Assembly (NCBI GenBank): GCA_965140445.1
Contig: OZ223236.1
Span: forward strand, 1,728,001 to 1,792,000
Reading direction: 5' to 3'
DNA length: 64,000 bases
DNA from: Candidatus Ozemobacteraceae bacterium
Lineage (GTDB): Bacteria > Muiribacteriota > Ozemobacteria > Ozemobacterales > Ozemobacteraceae
The notes below the pieces were generated by a model. The model had not been told where the DNA came from. It did not search any database and was given only the letters and a program-made list of their open reading frames with translations. Positions 8,680 to 18,245 of the stretch are shown here, one piece after another. Position 1 is the stretch's first letter, and each line of letters begins with the position of its first letter. Both the position numbers and the translations under genes were made by a program.

Positions 8680-10815
8680 ATGAGAAAGCTGCTGCTTTTG
8701 GCGGTTATTTTTTTAGTGCTTTTTGTCTCTACCGTTGGCGCGGCACCGACCAAAAAGATTTTGATTATCTCGGGAGAAGACCAGTCCGTAATGGTCAACT
8801 CCAGACTAAAACCCATACAACTTCGAATTGTAGATTTGAAAGGAAACCCTCTGCAGGGTGAAAGAGTTGATGTTTTAGTTTCTGCAAAGCCTTCGAAAGC
8901 AAAAGACTTTGCTCTTGATCAAAAAATTCTCATTTCTGATGACAGAGGCGAATGTAAGCTTCAGGTTAATCAGATTATGTTTCCGGGAAACTATTCATTC
9001 CTCATTCTGCTTCATTCCAGCCCAGAAACCTACAGAAAATTCTCCTTAAGGATTAACCCGGAATCATGGGTTATGTATCTTGTTTTTGGCTTGGTAGGCG
9101 GCCTCGGAATGTTTCTTTTCGGCATGAAACTTGGTGCGAATGGTTTACAAAAAATAGCCGGAAAGAAAATGAAATCTATCCTTGGGACTTTTACCAACAA
9201 TAGATACCTTGGGGTTTTAACTGGAATAATAGTGACTGCAATAACCCAAAGCAGTTCAGCAACAACAGTTATGCTTGTAGGGTTTGTTAATGCCTCTTTA
9301 ATGACATTAGAGCAAACTTTGGCTGTTATAATGGGCGCTAACATTGGTACTACAATAACAGTCCAGTTAATTGCCTTTGATATTTCACATTATGCATTGC
9401 TAATGGTTGGCGTTGGGTTTCTTCTCACATATTCAAAGAATAAAACCACGGTTTATGCCGGGGACATTATTCTTGGTTTCGGTTTCATTTTTTATGGAAT
9501 GAAGGTTATGAGTGGCTCCATGGCCCCACTTAGAAGTTATCCTGCTTTCAAAGAAATGCTTCTTTCGTTTAGCAGCTATCCAGTAAGTGCAATTATCGGG
9601 TCCATGCTTTTCACTGCTTTGATTCAAAGTAGTGGGGCAACAATCGGTCTTGTTGTTGTTTTTGCAAGTCAAGGTCTGATTACTTTACATTCGTCAGTTC
9701 CTTTGATTCTTGGTGCACACACTGGAACCTGTATTACTGGTTGGATTGCTGCATTAGGTGGTACTTCTGGTGCAAAAAAAACCGCTATGTTGAATGTTAT
9801 TTACAATGTTATTGGAACAATTATATTTTTGCCGTTCCTGTATGACATTTTTAGATTTAGTGATCTCGTGCACTGGAGCACTGCACCTTTTTCAGATTCT
9901 GTAGCCCGAGAAGTTGCAAATGCTCACATGATTTCAGCTACTTTAAAAATGGTAGTAATGTTTCCCTTTTATGATCAGATCCTTAGGTTGACTAACTGGA
10001 TTATTCCTGATGAAACGGGAGATGAAGTTCGCTCAGTTAAGGCTAAATACCTAAGTGAATCTCTTTTGGAGACTCCCGAATTGGCTTTGGGAAATGTTGC
10101 CAGAGAAATTTCGAGAATGGCGGGTCACATAGAGTTCATGATGGAAAAAGTTCCTGCCATGATTTCTTACGGTGATGAAGAAATAATTGCCGAAGTTTCT
10201 TTTCGAGAGGAAAAGGTCGATGCCGCTCAATACCAGATAACAAAATATCTGTCACAGCTTTCAGAGAAAACCCTTACCGAAGAGCAAACCGCCACTATGG
10301 TCAAATATATGCACATTATAAATGATCTTGAAAGCCAGGCAGATTTGATTCACAAGATAATAATTCCGTTTTCCAGAGCAAAGGCAAATCAGGAAATCTG
10401 GTTCTCAGAAGAGGGCTTTAGAGAACTGATGACAATGTTTGATCGAATTAACGAGAACTTTATGTTGGCTATTAACGCCTTTGCTACAAATAACCGTGAA
10501 TTGGCTGAGCGCGTTATGAAGTCAGAAGTTAAATTTGACTTAATGGAAAAAGAGTTTCGAAACCTGCATATGAACAGGGTTTTTAAGCAAAAGGTTCAAT
10601 CGCTTGAGACTTCCACACTCCATTTGGATCTTTTGAGCTGTTTTAAGAGAATTAATACCCATTCAGTTGATGTTGTTAAGGCCATGACTGGTGACTGGTA
10701 TAGTTTAAAGGGTAGCTATTCTGTAGAAGAAGATAGTAAAAAAAATGAAGCTGAAAGTGAAAAGCCAGTATTGGAGCCGTCTTTAAAGGAAGAAGATCCA
10801 AGCGAGGGAGCTTAA
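8680..10815 (+). CDS. Na+/Pi cotransporter (NptA/YjbB family) with C-terminal PhoU-like domains and an extra N-terminal Ig-like domain
   Basis: GGLGMFLFGM, QSSSATT, GANIGTT, a second repeat QSSGAT / GAHTGT, and a helical PhoU-like C-terminus. A signal peptide and ~110-aa beta-rich region precede TM1. Confidence 0.9.
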   Translation: MRKLLLLAVIFLVLFVSTVGAAPTKKILIISGEDQSVMVNSRLKPIQLRIVDLKGNPLQGERVDVLVSAKPSKAKDFALDQKILISDDRGECKLQVNQIMFPGNYSFLILLHSSPETYRKFSLRINPESWVMYLVFGLVGGLGMFLFGMKLGANGLQKIAGKKMKSILGTFTNNRYLGVLTGIIVTAITQSSSATTVMLVGFVNASLMTLEQTLAVIMGANIGTTITVQLIAFDISHYALLMVGVGFLLTYSKNKTTVYAGDIILGFGFIFYGMKVMSGSMAPLRSYPAFKEMLLSFSSYPVSAIIGSMLFTALIQSSGATIGLVVVFASQGLITLHSSVPLILGAHTGTCITGWIAALGGTSGAKKTAMLNVIYNVIGTIIFLPFLYDIFRFSDLVHWSTAPFSDSVAREVANAHMISATLKMVVMFPFYDQILRLTNWIIPDETGDEVRSVKAKYLSESLLETPELALGNVAREISRMAGHIEFMMEKVPAMISYGDEEIIAEVSFREEKVDAAQYQITKYLSQLSEKTLTEEQTATMVKYMHIINDLESQADLIHKIIIPFSRAKANQEIWFSEEGFRELMTMFDRINENFMLAINAFATNNRELAERVMKSEVKFDLMEKEFRNLHMNRVFKQKVQSLETSTLHLDLLSCFKRINTHSVDVVKAMTGDWYSLKGSYSVEEDSKKNEAESEKPVLEPSLKEEDPSEGA

Positions 10816-10888
10816 AATTAAGCCGGTTTAATTGTTTAACCTTTACAGAGAAACTTCTGGAGTTAAGAAAAGGAATTGTTGGGCCATT

Positions 10889-11587
10889 TCACTTTTCTTT
10901 TTTAGAACCGCATTTGCAAATCTTCAAAACCTCATCAGCCTTGCCTCTGCCTTTTAATTCCCCATTCTCTATGAGGAGGATATCCTTGGTCAGCATGTGT
11001 AAGTCTGGCAAGTGGTGACTGACAATTAGCATGGGAATGTGAAAAGTAGATTGTATGGTTTTCAGATACGGAAGAATTGCCTGCCGCATATCATTGTCTA
11101 TTGAAGAAAATGGCTCGTCCAATAAAAGCAGTTCAGGGGAGCAGAGAAGTGCTCTGCCAATGGCTACTCTTTGTTTCTCTCCACCTGAAAGAGAAACAGG
11201 AGATCGATCTAGAAATTTATCCAGTTCGAGCAGCTTTATTACATCATTAAATTCAATTTTTCGTAAGTTCCCCGGAACGAATCTCATACCATATTCAAGA
11301 TTGGCTTTAACTCCAAGGTGATTGAATAAGCGCAAATCCTGAAAAATAATTGCTATACGCCTTTTTTGTGGGGGAATGTTGATATTGCTCTCGCTATCAA
11401 AAAGAATACGATTGTTAAATACTATTTTTCCTGAATTTGGCTTCTGAATGCCGGCTATGGTTTCAAGGGACATAGATTTTCCAGAGCCAGATTTGCCAAA
11501 TAGCCCGGTAATTGATGCTTTTATTGTGCAATCAAGGTTCAATTGAAAATTTTTTCTTTGGCAGGTAAAGGATAATTCAAGATTCAT
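10889..11587 (-). CDS. modC: Molybdate ABC transporter ATP-binding subunit
   Basis: GKSGSGKS, NIPPQKRRI, LSGGEKQRVAIGRAL, LLLLDEPF; downstream of modAB. Likely start is the ATG at 11587. Short form with no TOBE domain. Confidence 0.9.
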   Translation of the reverse strand: MNLELSFTCQRKNFQLNLDCTIKASITGLFGKSGSGKSMSLETIAGIQKPNSGKIVFNNRILFDSESNINIPPQKRRIAIIFQDLRLFNHLGVKANLEYGMRFVPGNLRKIEFNDVIKLLELDKFLDRSPVSLSGGEKQRVAIGRALLCSPELLLLDEPFSSIDNDMRQAILPYLKTIQSTFHIPMLIVSHHLPDLHMLTKDILLIENGELKGRGKADEVLKICKCGSKKEK

Positions 11588-12272
11588 TGTAATCATCCTT
11601 TCTCTGACGTTCTTTGTTAAAAAGCCATTCTGAAGCAAATAATGCAGCAAAAGAGACGAAAACAGAAAGCATTACCAGCTTCATAGCCTGCGATTCCATT
11701 CCTGGGACCTGCATATAAGAATATATCGCAAGCGGGATAGTTCTTGTTTCGCCTTCAATGTTTCCAGCAAAGGTTATTGTTGCTCCAAATTCCCCAAAAC
11801 TCCTTGCAAAAGAAAGAACTAAGCCGCTTAAAATTCCTGGGAAAGCCTGCGGAATTGTGATTTCAAAAAATGTTCTTGTTTTGGAAGCTCCCAATGTCCA
11901 GGCAGCCTGTTCGAGTTTATAGTCAGCCATTTCAATTGCAACACGAACAGCTCTTGTAAATAGAGGGAAAGAGACTATTGCAGAGGCGATTATTGCAGCA
12001 TACTGAGAAAAAGCTATTCTAATGCCAAGAGTTTTTAAAAAAAAGCTGCCGATAAAACCGTTTGAGCCAAGGAAGAATAATAAAAGGTAGCCTGTTGTAA
12101 CTGGGGGCATAACTAAGGGAAGATGAAGGAAGCCATTTAACAGATTTTTTCCAAAAAAGTTTTTTCTCGCTAAAAGCCAGCCAGTAAAAACAGCTGGAAT
12201 TAGATTTAAAAGTGCGCAAAAACTTGCAACCTTCAGAGAAAGAAATAGCGCATCGAACATGGTGTTTTCCAA
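11577..12272 (-). CDS. modB: Molybdate ABC transporter permease
   Basis: LPLVMPPVTTGYLL, EQAAWTLGAS, FARSFGEFGATITFAGNIEGETRTIPLAIY. Confidence 0.95.
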   Translation of the reverse strand: MENTMFDALFLSLKVASFCALLNLIPAVFTGWLLARKNFFGKNLLNGFLHLPLVMPPVTTGYLLLFFLGSNGFIGSFFLKTLGIRIAFSQYAAIIASAIVSFPLFTRAVRVAIEMADYKLEQAAWTLGASKTRTFFEITIPQAFPGILSGLVLSFARSFGEFGATITFAGNIEGETRTIPLAIYSYMQVPGMESQAMKLVMLSVFVSFAALFASEWLFNKERQRKDDYNES

Positions 12273-12327
12273 AACTTAGCTCCAAATATGTTCTTTAAAG
12301 AGAATATAACAACTTCGGGTTTTTGTC

Positions 12328-13107
12328 TTAATCTTTTAGTTTTTGGAATCCATAGCTTTCAAGAATTTTTTGAGCTGGTTCTGTTTTGAGGTAATTTAAA
12401 AAGTTTTTGGAGATGTAAGAATCTCCATTGATTATGCAAGCTCCATATTTAATCGGAGAATGTAGCTCTTCTGGAAAAGTGGCAATAACCTTTACTTTTT
12501 TTGAAGCGAGCGCATCTGTCAAATATGAAATTCCAAGTTCCCATTCATTCAATTCTATCATTCTTAATGCTTCTCTAACCGAACTGCATGGAAGGATTCT
12601 ATTGGCAATCAGATGATACCACCCAAGCTTCTTTAGTGCCTCCATGGCGTATTGCCCTGCTGGAACATGTCTGGGGTCACCCATTGCAATTCTTCCGCTA
12701 AAAGCTTTATTAAAAGAGAATGATTTTGTGAAATCTATTTTAATAAAAGAACTTTTATTTAGATTTTGAATAAAAACCAGGCGGTTTTTTGCAAACATTG
12801 CTTTCAGTTCATTTGGCAGCTTTTTTGAGTTAACCGTGTAATCCAACCATTTTATGTTGGCTGAAAGGAAAATATCAGCTGGAGCTCCTGCTTCAATTTG
12901 CCTGGCAAGCTGACCAGACGAAGCAAAGTTGAATTTGAAACTTGCTTTGTTATTTCCCCCAAAATCATTTGCGAGTGCGCGTGTGACTTCCGTTAAGCTA
13001 GCAGCTGCAAAAATAGTCACTTTGGGTTCAGCTTTAATCATGTTGGGCAAAATTATTAAAATAACTAATGCCAAAGCCAGTTTAAAAATGTATTTTATGT
13101 CATTCAT
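12328..13107 (-). CDS. modA: Molybdate ABC transporter substrate-binding protein
   Basis: Signal peptide, FAAASL, NFASSGQLARQIEAGAPADIFLSA, GDPRHVPAGQYA. Confidence 0.95.
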   Translation of the reverse strand: MNDIKYIFKLALALVILIILPNMIKAEPKVTIFAAASLTEVTRALANDFGGNNKASFKFNFASSGQLARQIEAGAPADIFLSANIKWLDYTVNSKKLPNELKAMFAKNRLVFIQNLNKSSFIKIDFTKSFSFNKAFSGRIAMGDPRHVPAGQYAMEALKKLGWYHLIANRILPCSSVREALRMIELNEWELGISYLTDALASKKVKVIATFPEELHSPIKYGACIINGDSYISKNFLNYLKTEPAQKILESYGFQKLKD

Positions 13108-13191
13108 TAATGAATATTAATACTACTTTTTGCTACTAAATACAATTTCGTTGGCGTATTATTGTTAAGTTTGAAATTAGAGGTGATAGTA

Positions 13192-13731
13192 ATGAATGAG
13201 AAAGTTTTCAATGGACCAGTAAACAAACTGCGTAGTAAAGAGCGACTTGAAATCCTGGAAGTAGATAAGGTTGTAAAGTGCTGTTTAGAGGGCTTAAATT
13301 CAAGCACTGTTCTTGATATTGGAACGGGAACAGGAGTTTTTGCAGAAGCATTTGAAAAGTCTGGATGTAATGTGTCAGCTATTGATACTAATTCTGATTT
13401 TATGAAGATTGCAAAAGAATTTGCCCCAAAAGCTTTGTTTAAAATTGGTTGTGCAGAAAAATTAGAGTTTGATGACAATTCATTCGACATTGTTTTTATG
13501 GGGCATGTTTTGCATGAAGTTGATAGTTTGCAAGATTCAATCCGAGAAGCCAGGAGAGTTTGTAAAAAGCGTTTTGCAGTATTGGAGTGGCCCAGGAAAG
13601 TTGAAGAAATGGGACCTCCAATAGGGCACCGACTTGATTTGGAAAAGGTTAAAAAAATAGCAGAACTGGAAGGATTTTTGTCGTTCAGAGAAATTTCCCT
13701 AAAAAAACTGGTTTTATGGATTTTTGAGTAA
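13192..13731 (+). CDS. Class I SAM-dependent methyltransferase
   Basis: VLDIGTGTG motif I and FDDNSFDIVFMGHVLHE. AGGTGA RBS before the ATG at 13192. Confidence 0.88.
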   Translation: MNEKVFNGPVNKLRSKERLEILEVDKVVKCCLEGLNSSTVLDIGTGTGVFAEAFEKSGCNVSAIDTNSDFMKIAKEFAPKALFKIGCAEKLEFDDNSFDIVFMGHVLHEVDSLQDSIREARRVCKKRFAVLEWPRKVEEMGPPIGHRLDLEKVKKIAELEGFLSFREISLKKLVLWIFE

Positions 13732-13811
13732 TAACATAGAGAAATGGTCTTAGACTTTTTTTTTGTTTTAGCTGTCTAAGTTTTACCAATTTACTGTTCT
13801 TGGGAGAGATG

Positions 13812-16295
13812 ATGATAGAGAGAAACCTTAAATTAATTTCAATTGTTGTATTTGTTATGTTTGCAGGCTTATTTACTGGATGCAATTTGAATCCTTTTAG
13901 CAACGGTTCAAAGGATTCTGTGGAATTGCCTTCAGCATCATTAATGCCTGCGGGAAGCGCTAATCTAAGGTTTGACGTTAAGTTGCCAGCAAAAGCTAAT
14001 GATGTTTTTCGTGCTCAGAGCACAACTGCCACTCCAACTGTTACATTTACCATAACTGTTGTTAACTCCGGGAATGCCACCTCTACAACTTTTGTTGTCA
14101 AGAAGACTGTCGAGGTTGTAAATGGGGTTGCTTCTGTTACATTCGGTGCTCTTCCGGCCAAACCAATAATTGGAGAGATGACGGTAACAAATGGTAATAT
14201 TGGTGGTATTGCAGACTTTCACGGAGCAATGGATATGATTGCTGGGGACAACGTTTTGACTGTTGTTCCTGTTGGCGTTGGCGATGTTTATGACCGAATA
14301 GCTATTCTTGCAAAAAAAGTTGCTTCCGAGAGATCTCTCGTTCAATCAGCATCCGCTTCTGCTTTAATTTCACATATTAAAACGGTTGTTGAGGGATTGG
14401 ATTTTTCAGATTCAAGCTCTGTCCAAAATGCTTTTAACGCTATGATTGAGAAATTGAACCCTCAAGGTCTTACTTCCATTGTTTTTGATAAAGTTGCTAA
14501 GACATTTAAAGGTTTTTCAAATGGAGCCGAAATTTGGAGTGTGTCACTGAGCAATTTAGTTAACGCCACTGAATTTAATAATCTTGGCGATCTTTCCGGT
14601 TTTGTTCCAACTTTAATTGTTAGACAGGGATTATCTGGTTCAGCGTATGTTTATGGTGAATTTGCAGATTTGAAGCTCGGAGCTTTAATTAAAATTAATA
14701 CAGCAAACGGGGCAAGAATTTCAGGGCTTGCTATTCGCGGTAGTATGCACAAATTTCTTGAAACTTCTGGAAATAACGTTCTTGTTGGTGGCTATGTTAC
14801 ATCTCTTGATGGGCAAGCTAAAGAATGTCCGTTTCTTCTTTCATGGGATACAACACAAAATGCAACATTCTATGAATCTAATAGCAATGCTTTTAAATAC
14901 ATAAAAACTTTTACAATTTATAAAGTTGCTTCAGATGCAGCTAAAAAACCTTCTGTTGTTCAACTTGCTAATCTTGGTAGCCAGGTGATGCTGGGGATTA
15001 AAAAGGCTGATGATTCGTTAGTCTTTAAGAAGTTTGATCCAGCTATTGGCCCCGATACAACAACCTCAGGCACCACTGCTGCCTTTACTCGAACTATTAG
15101 TGGGCTTGCTGTTGACCCTTATATTGAAGGAACAAAGTTTTTCTTCGATGCAAATGATAATGGAAAGTATGACTCTGGTGAACCGGTTTCAACGCCTTCG
15201 GATGCTAATGGAGCTTTCTCGCTGACCGGAGCTGTTACAGATGCTCATGATATTTTTACTCTGCCAGGCGATTTTGGAAAGCACCTTGGTAAGAACTTTC
15301 CTTTCCACATGAGAAGTGGTTTAAAGTTTGCTGATTCATCTGGAAAAGTTATTGTTTCACCTCTTACTAGCGTTGTAAGCTGGGGGATTGAGATTTCAAA
15401 GCTTGTTGAAGTCGTAAACCAGGAATTCTCCAAGGCAGGAATTACCGATAGTCTTTCCCTTGAAGATGTTAAGGGAGATCCTCTTGCGGGACTTGATTCA
15501 ATTAATGCTGCTAGTCTCAAGGATAGTGATTTGAGAAAAATTAGAGCAGTAGTGGCAATTCAGCAATATATTGCAACTTTAAAAAAGCTGGAGAATGGAG
15601 CCTCTGGTGCCTCTTACACATACAAACTTACAGAGACTGAACTTACCAGCGAGCAAAACCGAAATTTACTTAAAGGGTTGGCTGAAATCGTTAAAAATGG
15701 GTGTAATGTTGAATTCATTAGAAATACTTCTACCGCAATTGAGGCTGCTGTAACAAACGCCGTTAACGCTGGAAATGCTCAATTAGCACCATTGGCAGCT
15801 CTAGGAACAAGCTATCAGCTAACCGATTCCCATAAAGCAATTATCAACGATATTTTGCAAGTTAAGGCTATTGATGTTGCTAAAACTTGCGTTTCAATTG
15901 CCGATTATTGTTCCGGAAAAATTGTCGCTCAGGCAGGAACGGTAAATGGTATCGGCAGCCTTAATGAGGCTTTCTTTACTGGTCTGGCAAGCCAGACCAG
16001 TAACGTTATGGTTAAACAACTTGGCCCTCGTTACTATTTTCAGAGATTGAGTCCTGCTTTGGCTCAGTCTTCTCCCCCAAAAACTATAACAGGCTGGAAT
16101 ATCACTAATCCAATTTCTGGCGCGACGATTGACGTGGACAAGATTCTCTGGGAACAGATTAAATCAAATATGGATTTAGGTAACCCAAGCGTTTCTTCTA
16201 TTGGCTCAATTAAGGTTACAGATGTTGGTGGAGCATGGGAAGGCTTTAAGGGAATTGATATTGGCTCTGATGGCTCTTTAACTCCTCTAAAATAA
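13812..16295 (+). CDS. Large surface lipoprotein of unknown function
   Basis: Lipobox LFTGC, a beta-rich N-terminal half, and the motif AVDPYIEGTKFFFDANDNGKYDSGEP..SDANGAFSL common in bacterial surface proteins. Confidence 0.75.
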   Translation: MIERNLKLISIVVFVMFAGLFTGCNLNPFSNGSKDSVELPSASLMPAGSANLRFDVKLPAKANDVFRAQSTTATPTVTFTITVVNSGNATSTTFVVKKTVEVVNGVASVTFGALPAKPIIGEMTVTNGNIGGIADFHGAMDMIAGDNVLTVVPVGVGDVYDRIAILAKKVASERSLVQSASASALISHIKTVVEGLDFSDSSSVQNAFNAMIEKLNPQGLTSIVFDKVAKTFKGFSNGAEIWSVSLSNLVNATEFNNLGDLSGFVPTLIVRQGLSGSAYVYGEFADLKLGALIKINTANGARISGLAIRGSMHKFLETSGNNVLVGGYVTSLDGQAKECPFLLSWDTTQNATFYESNSNAFKYIKTFTIYKVASDAAKKPSVVQLANLGSQVMLGIKKADDSLVFKKFDPAIGPDTTTSGTTAAFTRTISGLAVDPYIEGTKFFFDANDNGKYDSGEPVSTPSDANGAFSLTGAVTDAHDIFTLPGDFGKHLGKNFPFHMRSGLKFADSSGKVIVSPLTSVVSWGIEISKLVEVVNQEFSKAGITDSLSLEDVKGDPLAGLDSINAASLKDSDLRKIRAVVAIQQYIATLKKLENGASGASYTYKLTETELTSEQNRNLLKGLAEIVKNGCNVEFIRNTSTAIEAAVTNAVNAGNAQLAPLAALGTSYQLTDSHKAIINDILQVKAIDVAKTCVSIADYCSGKIVAQAGTVNGIGSLNEAFFTGLASQTSNVMVKQLGPRYYFQRLSPALAQSSPPKTITGWNITNPISGATIDVDKILWEQIKSNMDLGNPSVSSIGSIKVTDVGGAWEGFKGIDIGSDGSLTPLK

Positions 16296-16302
16296 TTAGA
16301 AT

Positions 16303-16339
16303 AAAAAAAATGCGCTCCAAATTTGGGGCGCATTTTTTT
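16303..16339 (+). terminator. Intrinsic terminator
   Basis: A-tract-TGCGCTCCAA-AT-TTGGGGCGCA-T-tract immediately after the stop. Confidence 0.85.
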
Positions 16340-16473
16340 ATTTTCTTGAAAACTCTGCGTTTAAGAGGGGGCTAATTTCAAAACACACACTGTTTGTGGC
16401 AAAGCGCTCTTTTGAAATAAATACTCAATTTGTGCTATAAAATATTATTGAATTTTTCTGTGGAGTTGCTTTT

Positions 16474-16665
16474 ATGAACAGGACCGAAGTTGCAAAGGCT
16501 TTTGATATTCATAGATTTATCGATAAACTTGAAGAAGTTAGTGACATTCAGGATTACTATCGTTTGAATCATTTAAGTGTTGAGCAAAGGGAAGAGCTAT
16601 CCTTGAAAATAGCTGATTCCCTTCTTGATCACCTGGAGGCAATGGGTTTAAAAATAGAAAAGTAG
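16474..16665 (+). CDS. Small helical hypothetical protein (63 aa)
   Basis: GGAG RBS, a candidate extended -10 (TGCTATAAAAT) upstream, and a natural-looking amphipathic composition. Confidence 0.7.
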   Translation: MNRTEVAKAFDIHRFIDKLEEVSDIQDYYRLNHLSVEQREELSLKIADSLLDHLEAMGLKIEK

Positions 16666-16873
16666 TTGTAAATTTTTGCCTGTTGTCTTCCCCCCACCAT
16701 TTATTGAATTGGGTTACAGAAATTGAAAATGGTGAAAATCGCTGTGGGAAGGGCTGTAAGATAGGTGCAAAATAATTTTTTTTTTTAATCTTCAAAGCCT
16801 TTATTCATCGCTGTTACGAGCTGGTGATTTGCGCGAAAATGGCTCGAAGTACCATAAAAACTTGTTTTTCCTC

Positions 16874-16902
16874 TTGTGTTCCTTTGGGGATATTTGTATA
16901 AT
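16874..16902 (+). promoter_or_regulatory. Putative sigma70 promoter for HU
   Basis: TTGTGT-17 nt-TATAAT, with an AGGAGG RBS downstream. Confidence 0.55.
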
Positions 16903-16935
16903 CAGCTTGACCAAAATTTGTAGGAGGGTTTTTCT

Positions 16936-17223
16936 GTGAATAAATCAGAACTCGTAAAAGCAATTGCCAAAAAGGCCGACCTTACCAATGCTGCAGCTCA
17001 GGCTGTTCTTGAAGCTTTCGTTGACGCTGTGAAAACTAGTCTCAAAAAAGGTGACAAAGTTCAGTTGATCGGATTTGGTTCTTTTTCAACTCTTAAACGC
17101 GCTGCTCGCAAAGGCGTTAATCCTCAGACCAAAAAGACAATCAAAATCGCAGCTAAAAAAGTTGCCAAGTTTGTTCCTGGTAAAGAATTGAAAGAACTTG
17201 TTAACAGCAAAAAGAAAAAATAA
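16936..17223 (+). CDS. hup: DNA-binding protein HU
   Basis: MNKSELVKAIA...KVQLIGFGSF...RAARKGVNPQT...KFVPGKELK; GTG start with AGGAGG. Confidence 0.97.
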   Translation: MNKSELVKAIAKKADLTNAAAQAVLEAFVDAVKTSLKKGDKVQLIGFGSFSTLKRAARKGVNPQTKKTIKIAAKKVAKFVPGKELKELVNSKKKK

Positions 17224-17233
17224 TTTCTGAATC

Positions 17234-17268
17234 AAAAAAGAACCCCGCCAAAAGCGGGGTTCTTTTTT
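17234..17268 (+). terminator. Intrinsic terminator after hup
   Basis: AAAAAAGAACCCCGC-CAAAA-GCGGGGTTCTTTTTT. Confidence 0.9.
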
Positions 17269-17293
17269 GTTAAAAAAAAGTAAAAATGAACTC

Positions 17294-17322
17294 TTGACTT
17301 TGGTTAAATTAAAAATATATTT
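17294..17322 (+). promoter_or_regulatory. Putative sigma70 promoter for the PP2C gene
   Basis: TTGACT-17 nt-TATATT. Confidence 0.5.
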
Positions 17323-17354
17323 CATAAATTAAATAATCAGCTGGAGAATAGCTT

Positions 17355-18176
17355 TTGGAGATTTCCAGTTTTACTCACACTGGAATGGTGAGGAAAAACA
17401 ACGAAGATTCCTTTTTGATAATTCCCCCTTGGAGCGGAATTGCCATTGATAAGGAAGTTTGCCTGTTTGCTGTCGCAGATGGAATGGGAGGGCAGAACGC
17501 AGGTGAAGTTGCTTCTGCAATTGTCGTAGAAGCAGCTGGAAATTGGGTTCGCTCAAAAGATTCAATAAATGTTTGCGAAGAAGAGATTGAAGAACTTTTT
17601 AGTCTGGTTAATCAAGAAGTCTGGGATTATTCACAAAAACATGCTGAAACAAAAGGAATGGGCACGACTTTAACTTTGGTATTGATGAATCAGACCAAAG
17701 CGATTGTTGGTCATGTTGGTGATACCAGGTTATATTTGCTTAGAGACAGCAGTTTTGATCAGTTGACCAAAGACCATTCTCTTGTTGCAGAACAGGTTAA
17801 AATAGGTAAAATAACCCAAGAAGCTGCCAGGACTCATCCTGCACGTCATATTCTCAGTCGTGTTGTGGGCGGTAGGCAGTTTATAAAGCCTGATGTATTT
17901 GAGCTTGAAGTTCAGTCTGGCGATAGGTTTTTAATCTGTTCTGATGGTATTTATGGAATGGTGGAAGAAGTTGTAATTGAGGAGATCGTTAAAAATAATC
18001 CTTTAAAAGTAGCCTCAAAAAAACTTGTTCAAGAGGCTAATCAATGCGGTGGAAAAGACAATTCAACCGTGATTCTTGTCGATATAGAAAAATTCCCGCA
18101 GGAGTTCCCGGGGAAGCTTTCTCTTGGTAGAATAAAAAAAATAATTTCTCATTGGGGTGAAACTGGAATTAAGTAA
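17355..18176 (+). CDS. PP2C-family Ser/Thr protein phosphatase (Stp1/PrpC-like)
   Basis: RKNNED, FAVADGMGG, GHVGDTR, ICSDG, GGKDNSTV; TTG start after GGAG. Confidence 0.95.
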   Translation: MEISSFTHTGMVRKNNEDSFLIIPPWSGIAIDKEVCLFAVADGMGGQNAGEVASAIVVEAAGNWVRSKDSINVCEEEIEELFSLVNQEVWDYSQKHAETKGMGTTLTLVLMNQTKAIVGHVGDTRLYLLRDSSFDQLTKDHSLVAEQVKIGKITQEAARTHPARHILSRVVGGRQFIKPDVFELEVQSGDRFLICSDGIYGMVEEVVIEEIVKNNPLKVASKKLVQEANQCGGKDNSTVILVDIEKFPQEFPGKLSLGRIKKIISHWGETGIK

Positions 18177-18245
18177 CCATTTTGTGGTAATAATAAAGGT
18201 TTTATATAAAAATGGAAAAATGAAATCTGGAGGTTTCCTTTAAAA

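Noticed and set aside
12286..12313. ModE box or Moco riboswitch near the mod genes
   Set aside because: Only a partial half-site (ATATAAC) between modA and modB, better explained as an extended -10 on the minus strand. No riboswitch-like leader upstream of modA.
13107..13490. 127-aa minus-strand ORF abutting modA as a possible ModE-like regulator
   Set aside because: It is antisense to the methyltransferase and has no HTH or TOBE features.
16474..16665. 63-aa ORF as FlgM anti-sigma factor (KIADSLL)
   Set aside because: Only a short match; the preceding I..G.Y.VD pattern and spacing of FlgM are absent.
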